DNA from: Octopus sinensis | Taxonomy: Eukaryota | DNA length: 64,000 nt | Assembly (NCBI RefSeq): GCF_006345805.1 | Contig: NC_042999.1 | Location: 130,138,001-130,202,000, forward strand | Direction: 5' to 3' | Shown: piece by piece, positions 52,145-64,000 of the stretch | Position numbering within the stretch: the first letter of the stretch is position 1 | Layout: the number at the start of each line of letters is the position of its first letter | Notes under the pieces: model-generated | What the model saw: the letters and a program-made list of their open reading frames with translations, nothing else | Database searches by the model: none | What the model was told of the DNA's origin: nothing | Position numbers and translations under genes: made by a program

Positions 52145-53147
52145 AACCTTCTATTCGGTTGTGTCTCTCTTCCCAACTGGCACATATGTATTATTCCAGC
52201 TTTCTGAACGGAGTCATTAGATGGTCACACCACACTTTACCTCGACCATCTATTCATACATACATACATACATACATACATACAAGCATGCACACACACA
52301 TACACACACAATTTCTCTCTCTCCCTCTCTCTCTATCTCTCACTCACACATCACTCGATGAGCTTCCGCACAGTTTCGAGCTACTAAATTTCACTCACAA
52401 GGTATTGATCAATTTGAAAATATTGAAGCTATTCAGACAAGGTTCTGCGCAGTACAATAAAACCACGGGATTACGAGGCGAACTTTTTTAATGTGCACCC
52501 ACGTTTTGGAGTAGGTTTATATTTGAAATCAATATAATGCTATACGTAATAGTACGTTTACATACCCCGCGATAAATATTCTATGGTTAATCATAATAGC
52601 TTTACTTTGACCCCAAGGAATTTCAGATTAGAGTGTTCAGAAGATAGAGATGCAATTATGAACTTCTATGATTGTACAGATTGTTGAAAGTAGACTGATA
52701 GTATGGATTATTGCATACATTAGGGAAATAGAAACAAAACGAAAATGAAGATAGTAATATCTACGATAGGGTTCAGCGTAATACAAAGGCAAACATGACC
52801 TAACTTTTGAAGCAGATCTGACCGAGTACATTTCAGAAAGGTGGAGGGAGAGTATATATAATAAAATCGATAGGACAGTTTTATTCAGATGTCAGAGTTC
52901 GTACTAAAACAGGAAAAAAAAAAACAAAACATGCTCAGTGTAGCGTAACATATAACTTTCTTATTGTTACATCGGTTTCGTTCATTGGGCCACGGCTATG
53001 CTGACGTATAGTGTTTTAACGCGGAACTAAATACTCCAAAGCATATTTCTTCGGTCACCCAACAGCATTATGTATGCATGCATGAATATTTTAGTATTTT
53101 AGACTAACACAGTGTAGGAAACGCACATCTTAACTACACGGATATGA

Positions 53148-53212
<65 letters not shown>

Positions 53213-53332
53213 CAAAATTTAAAGGACTGACCACTAAAAGTGGACGGTCAACATGCTAGATATAGACGTCAAATCGCTATTTTCCACAAAGAATATGTTC
53301 TCAAATAAAAACTCAGCACAAACATTTAAAAT

Positions 53333-53401
<69 letters not shown>

Positions 53402-53697
53402 ATTTGTATGTATATATGTATGTATACACACACACACACATACACACACATATATGTAAAAGGCAGGATGTTTGTATGTGTGTGTAAGTAAATATAATTT
53501 ATGCACGTCCACAAATTAGCACGCATGTCCCTCCAATTTTAGGAGGACATTAGTCACGATCATGTCTGTACTTTTAACTTATCTTTCCTGAGACACTCGC
53601 GGATAGCGGTAAAAATCGATTTTCAATCATAACTTTTACCAATTTTGAACGTTTGCTAACTCCTCTTCTTGCAATGACGAGGAGAAGGTGTGTGTTG

Positions 53698-53736
<39 letters not shown>

Positions 53737-53851
53737 GGAGAGAGAGTACACTTAAAAAATTTACCTTTCATTGCATCCTTTTTGAGTGAGTGAGTGAGTG
53801 AGTGAGTGAGTGAGTGAGTGAGTGAGTGAGTGAGTGAGTGAGTGAGTGAGT

Positions 53852-53883
<32 letters not shown>

Positions 53884-54134
53884 AGAGTGATAGCGTAACG
53901 CTCCCCCTCTCTCTCTGTCGAGCACACTAAAGACGCAAGAAAAAGTAAAATAAAATTTACGCTATCTCTCTCTCTCTCACACACACACTGCAACACACAC
54001 TCCCCCCCTCTCTCTCTTTCCGACAACATACAATGAGTAACTTCCTTCGCTCTGTTATCTTCTATGCTGCCAAGACTTTTGTCATGCCATCTTTCTCTTC
54101 AATGGAACGAATTGTTCAGCTCATGATACAGTGC

Positions 54135-54620
54135 ATTCCAGACGTTTTAAATACTTCAGATTAATTTTTAAGTAGCACAAAACTCTGAACTTCTTCAAAG
54201 TAGGATGCTTTAACTTCAAAACACTTGTACAGCTCCAGCCATTTCGTGGTGACTCCATGGTATTCAAGACGCTTGTCACAACCATCATCATCTTCTTCAG
54301 CTTGGAGAACAGCCAAAAGTCTTAGGGAGCAAGGGCTGGACTGTAGGGAAGGTGAGGGACAGTTTTGATCCCCTTCTCTGTCAAGTAGTTGGTTGCCAAG
54401 ATGGAGTTGTGGACAGGTGCATTGTCGTGGTTCAGGTGCTCTGACCTTTTGCGACAATATTTCTTTCTAAACTCTCTCAAATCCTCTACAAAGTAGTCTT
54501 TGTTGACCGTTTGGCCAGAGGAAACCCATTGGAACCGATGATGCTCATGCTGTCGAAAAATGGAATCATCATGATTTACTGATGGAATTGCTTTGCCTGA
54601 CTTCTTGAGCCAGCGAAAAA
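54135..54620 (-). pseudogene. Decayed mariner transposase fragment
   Basis: HDNAPVHNSILATNYLTEKGIKTVPHLPYSPALAP*DFWLFSKLK and KWLELYKCFEVKASYFE. Confidence 0.75.
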
Positions 54621-55055
54621 CATGCTCGGCCCATGCAAGTTAATCTATAAGGAGTCTGGAGTATACCATAAGTTTCTGTAGTGGTTTCTGCCCAGTTTAA
54701 AGTAAAACTTTATTGCATAGCGAACTTCCAATTCAGCTTCACGTTCCGTTTGCATTCTGCAAACTAGTTAAAAGTGACAAACAGTGTTTAGTTGGGTGTT
54801 TTCAAAGTGCCTCTACAGCAGTCTCCTTCAATCTAGAATAACAAAAGTTGGCAGCTCAGCTTATTAGATGTATAATAATGATATACTAAAATTACAATAA
54901 TCGTCCAAAAAAGTCTTAAACCTTTTGGAATGCTCTTCATACCATGTTGGGTCTTCCTTACTATTGAGGCATATTGTCTACTACTTCATGTCAGTCGCAG
55001 ACCAGCGCGCATGTACTGGACATCCTATCACATTTTTCATTTCCATTTCAACAGC

Positions 55056-55096
<41 letters not shown>

Positions 55097-55813
55097 CTTT
55101 TCCGCCCCTCCCCACACATACAAAAAGATGCAGACACATACACATACATACAAACATACACGTATACTGACAAACTGACTGATATAATTAAAAAATATAA
55201 CATAGACAAATATAATTCAAGTTAATTTAATAGAAGTCTTCTGTTTATATACTTCTGTATGTATGTATGTATGTATGTATGTATGTATGTATGTATGTAT
55301 ATGTATGTATGTATATATATATATATATACATGCACATATAGGCACACATATATATGAATATGTGTGTCGGTGGGTGTTGTGCATAAGTGCGTATGTGTG
55401 CATATGAGTACTTGTTTGCTTGAGTGTGTGTTTGTGTATGTGTGCCGTTGTTTGCATGTGTGTGTGTGCATACGTACTTTCTTTCGCCCGCGAACACACA
55501 CACACACACATACACACACGCAAACAAATTTACACATTCATACACTCACGCACGAGAACTCCCACACATATACGGGCCTTTCGCAGTGATTATTGATGTT
55601 GCACTGTCTTTCCATAATAACCTTGACATTTTTCTTATTCTCGTCAATGTCACTTCATAGGATAGTGTTTTACATCTTACAGATTCCTTTTCTCAGCGGT
55701 TGTGTACGTATGTGCGTATTGCACTTCAGGTTTCATATATGCTTATATGAGCGTGTATGTGCGTGCGCACGTGTACATATGTGTGTGTGTATATATATAT
55801 ATATAATATATAT

Positions 55814-55846
<33 letters not shown>

Positions 55847-55848
55847 GT

Positions 55849-55884
<36 letters not shown>

Positions 55885-56110
55885 ACTTGCAAATATATAT
55901 ATATGTGTATATATATATATATATGTATGTATATGTGTGTGTGTGCATATATGTGCGTATGTGTATGTGTGTGTGTGCGTATATGCGTGCGTGTATGCAT
56001 ACATATGTGTATATGAGTGTGTGTGTATATATATAGTGTGTGTGTGTATTTATATATATATGTTTATATATATGTATGTATATATACGAGTATATACATA
56101 CATATATATA

Positions 56111-56160
<50 letters not shown>

Positions 56161-56478
56161 ATGTTTGTGTGTGTGTGTAATTATATATATATATATATGT
56201 GTATATATATATATATATATATGTATGTATATGTTTGTGTGTGTGGTGTGTGTGTGTGTGTGTATGATCGCGTGTACACACACTCAGACATGCGTAGAAA
56301 TGTATGAATTATGATCAGCAGGGAGTCTGTGAATCTGAGCCACAGTATGAACGAACGAAAGCGTGTGAATTATTCGTGTATGTGAAATCACTACAGAAAT
56401 TTATATATAGATATATATATTCTTGAGCAATTAGATGTGTGTCGTGGGGTGGCACTTGAAAGAGTTGGTGTGAGTATG

Positions 56479-56509
<31 letters not shown>

Positions 56510-56843
56510 TGCGAGAGAGGAACTCAGAAATTCTAGAGACACAAAGAAAAAAAGAGGGTGATTCATTGATATAAATATATAAAAGGAATACATATTATAT
56601 AAAACATTTTGTATAAAGTGTGATTCAGTAGTTCTTTTAATACTTAAACGTTATAAAATACTTTTACTTATAATTTTATCATAATTTTTTGAAATATATA
56701 TTTATGTTGTGAATATGATTTGACATATATGTTGTTTAATATATTTAGAAAAAATGTCGTTATCAAAAACGATCTAATATAGCCGTAATCTTGATCAATA
56801 CCTAGTACAATACCTAGTACAACTGCCGATGATGCCCGGGCAT

Positions 56844-56908
<65 letters not shown>

Positions 56909-56913
<5 letters not shown>

Positions 56914-57141
56914 CTTTACTACCCACAAGGGGCTAAACACAGAGGGAACAAACAAGGACAGACAAACGGATTAAGTCGATTACATCGACCCCAGTGCGTA
57001 ACTGGTACTTAATTTATCGACCCCGAAAGGATGAAAGGCAGAGTAGACCTCGGCGAAATTTGAACTCAGAACGTAACGGCAGACGAAATACCGCTAGACA
57101 TTTCGCCCGGCGTGCTAACGTTTCTGCCAGCTCGCCGCCTT
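56909..57141 (-). mobile_element. SINE family B, full length
   Basis: Near-consensus copy adjacent to (TA)n. Confidence 0.9.
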
Positions 57142-57160
57142 CATACTTATATATATATAT

Positions 57161-57790
57161 TAGGTTGGCAACTAAGTTCCCGCCGTTTTTTTAATTAAAA
57201 TTTTTTTAAAGGTTTAATAATAAATAACAACTAATCACTAATGTATTCACCCTTATTATTTACAACTTCTTTCCAACGTTCAACGAGATTTTCAGTACCT
57301 CGTTGATAGATATGAGGGCGGGCATTGTCGTACAGCGGAATAACTCGATGCTGCCGATTAGGTCTTTTCTCTTGAATAGCCGTGTTGAGTCGTTCCATCT
57401 GCTGAACATAGAGTTCCGCGTTGACTACTTGGTTCCGTTCAAGCAATTTGTAAAGGATAATCCCTTCACAGTCCCACCATACGCACAACATCGTTTTACG
57501 CGGATGAAGATCTTGTTTCATGTGCAGTGTCACTTGTTTACCGGGGCTAAGTCATTCCTTTACACTGTTTCATATTGATGCACAGCACCATTTTTCGTCG
57601 CCAGTAACAATTCGGTAAAGAAATCGTTGCTCGTGTCCATGAGTTGAGCGGTGACGAGCAAGTAAACCAGCGGAGATTGTGGCTCGTTGATTTTTGTTGT
57701 TGTCACTTAAAGCATACTCCATACTTCTTAACTTTTCCTAGCGAGTGAAGATGCTTCTCTATAGCAGTGTGGGAGCATTCGAAGTTGTCT
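57161..57790 (-). mobile_element. Mariner fragment with one TIR and internally deleted transposase
   Basis: TIR TAGGTTGGCAACTAAGTTCCCGCCG; FLYRIVTGDEKWCC, KQDLHPRKTMLCVWWD, YDNARPH, LVERWKEVVNNKGEYI. Confidence 0.85.
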
Positions 57791-59017
57791 TTCCTCAGTC
57801 GAGTTCCAGATTATCTTTGCAATTTCAGCTGGTTATACTCGGTATTGTTCCAATCTGGCCAGCCTCAAGGAAAAACTAAGCTAAGAGCACTAGATTCATT
57901 GGAAGAAATCAGTGAAAACAAGGACAGAAAAAAACTGAGAAATGGTACACAAATACAAATGCAAATAACAGGACATAACAACAGGTGCCTTTCGACTAAG
58001 GACGAATTAAATTAAGCTGGCGTATGTGGAAGTGAAGCTTTACGGCAGGGACATAAGAGATGACAGGCATAGGGAGGAATGAAGATGTTGCACGAATGGT
58101 AGTCGAACCAAGAACAAAAGGTCAGGCTTGGCCGAACATCGGTCACGTGGAGAGAGAAGAGAGGGAGAGAGAGAAAGAGAGAGAGTTAGAGGCAGAGGCA
58201 GAGGCATAGAAAAATTAGGGAGGGATGAGAAAAAAGAAAAGTGACAGAGTGGAGTGAGAGAAGGAGGAAAGGTGAGAATGAAAGGTGAGAGACTTCTCTT
58301 TACCGAACTTGCTGGATTTGTGCTAAAATTTGAAGCCAGAATGTGATTTATAATTCAGACACTGTGCAGAGTAGTTACCAATTTACCTATTTACTATAAC
58401 TACTCTACACTGTCTAAATTATAAACTATAAATTAAAGGCTCTGAAGTGAAACCACATGTTTTGATGGTCTACTCTCAATTTCTAATACATATTATATAT
58501 AGAGAGATATATATACCCGCTTCACGATGAGCCACTTCTTGCCAGCTTTGTTAGGCAGCCTTCATCACCAACCTGTTTTCAGTTGCTGTTCATGCCGGAG
58601 TTTTAGGAGTAAACCAAACCGAGCACTTATAGTACATACTCATTACATTTCGTCATTAGACGAAAATTGTAAATATATTCTTTTATATGTTTCAGCCCTT
58701 AAACTGCTGGAGCACACACGCGCGCATACACACACACATTCCAATTTTGTGTTTGAAGCAGTTCAATGATGTAAACCTTATCAATATCGCATAATGTATG
58801 TGCGTTATTAAACGTTGTGAAGCTGAAGTATTTCATCCAGAGGAAATCCCTTTACAGCCCACACCCTGGAAACCTATGGCTTGTGAGTGAGCTTATCAGA
58901 CGAAACTGTGTGAAATCTTGTCTTTTATATGTGTGTATATATATATCTTTAATAATCTTTGATGCGTGTATATGTGGTCTGTCTACACACACACACACAC
59001 GCATATAAATGCGCGTG

Positions 59018-59052
<35 letters not shown>

Positions 59053-59112
59053 ACACAAACATCCATACACACATATAAACACACAATACGCACGCACACA
59101 TACAGACACAAT

Positions 59113-59155
<43 letters not shown>

Positions 59156-59223
59156 TACATATGTCGGAAGAAATTTAAGGGAAAAACAGAGAAGCATACA
59201 CATAACGGGTGCAAACTAGCTCA

Positions 59224-59264
<41 letters not shown>

Positions 59265-59400
59265 AAACCTACGAAGGATATATCATTCCATATATGTTCA
59301 TAAAAGATTCAATGAGGGAACGTTTAAATGACGTTTAGGAAAGAATAATGCAATGTATTGTGTGTATGGACAATGTTTGAAATGTATATTATATATATAT

Positions 59401-59431
<31 letters not shown>

Positions 59432-59823
59432 GTTGCAAATATTTTACTACGTGAAAATTGGAATATATCTTATACGGAAACTCATTAATATTAATAGTGA
59501 GAAATGTATTCAGTAAACATATTGAATAAAATTTGTATATTGTGGTGTATGCATGTCTCATTCTAACAGCTTTGAGTATAGAACATGCCATAATGATATA
59601 AATATTATGTTATGTGAACGGAATGCATGCTACGTTGATTATTGACAAAATATGCTACTTTTGGTAAATGAATTTTGATCAGACCTAGCTTGAAAATATA
59701 TGCCGTATTGCCACAAGTCTACATAAAATATATGAAATATGTTATGTCGCTGAATTTATTGAATACCAGTTTCCTTTTGGCTATACTAGTATGTTTGTTT
59801 GTGTGTATTTGTGTGTATTTGTG

Positions 59824-59984
59824 TGCAGGAGTGGCTGTGTGGTAAGTAGCTTGCTTACCAACCACATGGTCCCGGGTTCAGTCCCACTGCGTGGCACCTT
59901 GGGCAAGTGTCTTCTACTATAGCCTCGGGCCGACCAAAGCTTTGTGAGTGGATTTGGTAGACGGAAACTGGAAGAAGCCCATCG

Positions 59985-60043
<59 letters not shown>

Positions 60044-60298
60044 TGTGTGTGTGTGTGTGTGTGGTGTGTGTGTGTGTATGTGAATACGTTTGTGCGTCTT
60101 TGTTTGTGCCCCCAACATCGCTTGACAACCGATGCTGGTGTGTTTACGTCCCTGTAACTTAGCGGTTCGGCAAAAGGGGGAGATAGAATAAGTATTAGGC
60201 TTACAAAGAATAAGCTCTGGGGTCGATTTGCTCGACTAAAGGCGGTGCTCCAGCATGGTCGCAGGCAAATGACTGAAACAAGTAAAAGAGTAAAAGAG
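59824..60298 (+). mobile_element. SINE family A, full length
   Basis: A box TGGCTGTGTGG, B-box-like GGTTCAGTCCC, CORE-like segment, internal microsatellite, GTAAAAGA tail. Confidence 0.92.
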
Positions 60299-60733
60299 CA
60301 TATGTGTGTGTTTGCGCTTGCGCGTGTATAAAAGGATTTTGCATTTGTGTTTAGAGTGCAAACCGCGAGAAGAAATAGTCAAATTCAGTAAAATATGTAC
60401 CAGTTATATACTGAATTTGATACAATCGAATATGGCAAAGAACATATATAGTGCTCGTGAAATTAATTGACAAACAGGTGTCACCATGATCATGATCATG
60501 TTTATCATCCTCATTGTTTATGTGCATTTACATAGTTTATATGAGTGCAAGATAGTTTCAGTTTATTCTGCATCTTAGAGTAATTTCGTTATGAATGAAT
60601 TCATCCACGAGTATTCCCCATGACTTTATATTTGTGCCTTTGTATTATCCCTTGGGTGCATGACATCTACTGGACATAATTATCATTTAGACATAGAACT
60701 ATTTATTTGATGAAACTTATCAGCTGGAATGGA

Positions 60734-60769
<36 letters not shown>

Positions 60770-62348
60770 TGTATGTATGTATGTATGTATGTATGTATGT
60801 ATGTATGTGTGTGTGTGTGTGCGTGAATGCGCGTGTGTGTAAGTTTAATATATAATTGATAATTTTGGGGGTATGTAGCTAATAATCTGTTAAGCATATG
60901 ATTAACCAAATTTGGCAATATATAACAATATATAATCTGATGGCGATATAATTATCAGTTGAGCTTTTAATTATTGCTTATCAACTGTTGGGTGAAGGTT
61001 GATTTACCTCGGAGATGAGTTGAGTATATGACTATGATCACATCCAACTGACTGGCAATCAACACATTCACTCAGGCGGTTCTTCTTGAACATCTCATTG
61101 AGATATCACAGCATGGATTTTCTGATGATCTGACCTTTGATCTGACTTTCTTTCTTACTTGGTGCCATTTCACATTTTTACTGCACCGGCACCCCGTGTA
61201 GAAAGCATGAATGTTGCGACTTCCCACTTCGTTTTTATGGTAAATTCAATGCCTTATTTAACGAATATATAAAGTGTGGTTGAATAAGTTATTTGCTTCA
61301 TTTGCTTCCGCTCTTCAAAGTTCGTTAAATTACAGGCTCTTGATAAGTGCGCTGTCGGCTCGAATAAATATTAAATTTCATTGGTCAGATCTTTGTATTG
61401 ATTTAATAACATACTGTTTATATCTTGTCTGCAACGGCATTCTGTCAGGAATAAAACAGAACAGCACAATCCAACATGATTATTTATAACGCTTTCAGTA
61501 ACTGATAATGTTACAAGTTGGTTTGCTAGTAACATTATCAGTTGAACTACAATTCTGAAAGCACAATACTTCCACCCACACTCAGATGGTTACATCGATA
61601 GAGAATCAAGCTATTCGTCGGAAGTTCGACGGTTTACACAGACAAAACTCTCGCTGGAACAGTTTGTCTTATGCAGGGTTTCTCATAAAAGTAGGTGAAG
61701 GCTTCCTAGGGCGAGCGAGGTGAGAATTAAAAAGGAGGCGGACAGACAGCCATATTTAAGATAAAATTAATTTAGTTAAAAACTTTTAAACTTGTTCAAT
61801 ATCATGGCAAATAAAGAATAATATAGGAGTAAACATTAATTTATCGTCTACTTCTATCTCTTTCATACTACTAAGTTCAAATTCACCGTTCATCTTTTCA
61901 GGGTCGATACAATAAAGTACTAGTCAAGTTTTGGAGGTCGATGAAATCGATTACTTTTTTGTCCTAAGAATTTCTGGGTTTCTGCTTAAATTAAAAGCTA
62001 CCACAAAATTTCAGTAACTTTTTAGAGTGTGACTTTGGTATTTATCAGCTTGAGAACCATTAGCCTAGTGTGAAAAGTGATAGGTGCACTGTGCTGCAGA
62101 TGGTAAGGAGCACACACCACTCAAGTGATTTCGCGCCAGAAATCTCTGCTGTAGATTTATACGTCACTAAACAACATTCCTCTCATATCTACATTCAATG
62201 ATTTCGCATGAATTGGTGTTTCTTTTCTAATCACTGGTTCGTTCTTTTCAAACGTCTTTATTGGTAATCGCTCTAGTTAGAGGATACAAGGTGTGTCATA
62301 ATCTCTTATCGTTTACTTGTGGTGGGAAACTAACACAATGACACACAC

Positions 62349-62404
<56 letters not shown>

Positions 62405-62444
62405 CGTGCGTCTGTGTGTGTGTGCGCGCGCGCGCTGGGTGTGT

Positions 62445-62597
62445 ACGACACACTTTCAGTTTCCACCTACCAAATCCACTCACAAGGCTTTGGTTGCCTC
62501 AGAGCTATAGTAGAAGACACTTGCTCGAGTTACCGCGCAGTGGAACTGAACCTGGAACCATGTGGTTCGGAAGCAAACTTCTAACAACACAGCCGTG
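62445..62597 (-). mobile_element. SINE family A, 5' fragment
   Basis: Match to the family A head. Confidence 0.75.
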
Positions 62598-63702
62598 CTA
62601 GCTTCTGTCCCAGTAACCTGTGTTTAAAATGTGTTTCATCATTATGAGACACTGAATTTTGAAGATATTTTAAAAACATAATACAAAGTTTTATCTTTGT
62701 CAAAGAAAGGCAAGTGAGATTGTTTGATACACATGCTTTTATAACGGCATTAGCAATTCAAGTGATGTCAAATAATTCCAACCATGTCTGTTACCTTTGA
62801 TGTAGGGTCAGATCATCAGAAAATCCGTCATATTTTGCTGAAAGTTCTAACAAGTGCATAACTCTTTGTAATCTGTTTAACACATCAGTGATTTATTGCT
62901 GGTAGTGACTTGTTTTACTGTGTTGTTTTACACTGAGTCAACCTGTTTGAGCAGATCTCTGACAAAGGCATTTCAATCGCGACCATCCCGCCTTTTTAAT
63001 AGTATGTAAGACTATATTATTTAATGTTTCCATTCATTGTTGAAGACCATAGGGTGAGATTTGAGGGAGATTATTGCTGATATTTCGATTGGGTCGAGTG
63101 ACTACGTAGTAAGGTGTAGGATAAAAGGTACTGTTAGTTCTTAGCCTTTAAAAAAATTATTAGCAACGCTCAAGTGAAATAACTGAAGAATTACAAGCAG
63201 ATATTAAAACCGACATATGTGCTAATGTTTATTGCAAGTTATTGTAGTTAATGGCTTGCAAGGAATGAGTTGCACATGGTTACTCCATATGGTAGAAATA
63301 GCAGCTAGATCTCCTTCAAATTACTTCAGATCGTCTTAAAAAATATGAATAAAAAGACATGACTAAAACGGATTCGATTCATAAGTGTGTTTATTCATGG
63401 CTGAGGTGAGGCTAAACAACAACAACAACACAAGCAACAACAACAATGTCGTTAAATAATACAGAAATATGTTTCTCAATATCACTAAAACGTGACAGCC
63501 ACTATTACGCTTCAGCGTGACTAAAGTTAGTTAAATGATTCAACATTGATGTTTCTATATAATGTTGAAATCTACTGTCGTCAAATGGTGATATATTTAT
63601 GCGCATAAGTCAAACGAAATGAGGCTAGGAAAATAGATCTATGAGATAAACATTTTACATTCACATACGCACACTCGGCCACATACGCACTCGTGCGTTC
63701 AC

Positions 63703-63742
<40 letters not shown>

Positions 63743-64000
63743 AACAAAAACAAAATAAGAACAACTGCAATCTCACACGCATACATTTAACAGACAGCTG
63801 CAGAGGACACGGAAGATCCCTGTCTGAATGACCTCCGAGATTTCGAGATTCGACTTTTTTTTTCTTGCGGAGATATTTCAAAAATATTAGTTTACCAGCA
63901 CAATCGCACCAACATTGAGGGTATATCAACTATGATCAATAATGATTTCGCCAACATGACCGATGAATTATGACATGAAGTTAATCAATCAGTGCCATTG

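Overview
Repeat-dominated, AT-rich eukaryotic DNA with no recognisable intact protein-coding gene. The SINE families and very dense (TA)n/(CA)n/(TACA)n microsatellites suggest an octopus genome (inference). Most ORFs in the supplied track are microsatellite artefacts. The real coding remnants are all transposon pseudogenes: Tc1/mariner (including a full-length Hsmar1-like mariner), Penelope GIY-YIG, RTE, Tx1/L1, an RLE-type non-LTR element and a Helitron helicase. There are also at least three tRNA-derived SINE families, two non-autonomous Helitrons and two GGATC-TIR elements with 8-bp TSDs. The strongest signal is a set of unrelated minimal type I hammerhead-ribozyme (HHR) motifs. Most sit in Penelope-like inverted termini embedded in TA repeats. 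One forms the 3' half of a TSD-flanked, tRNA-headed SINE (7812-8037), a candidate Pol III-driven, ribozyme-bearing SINE. A possible first exon of a host gene lies at about 20.5-21.2 kb. All calls are by-eye pattern recognition; no searches or folding programs were run.
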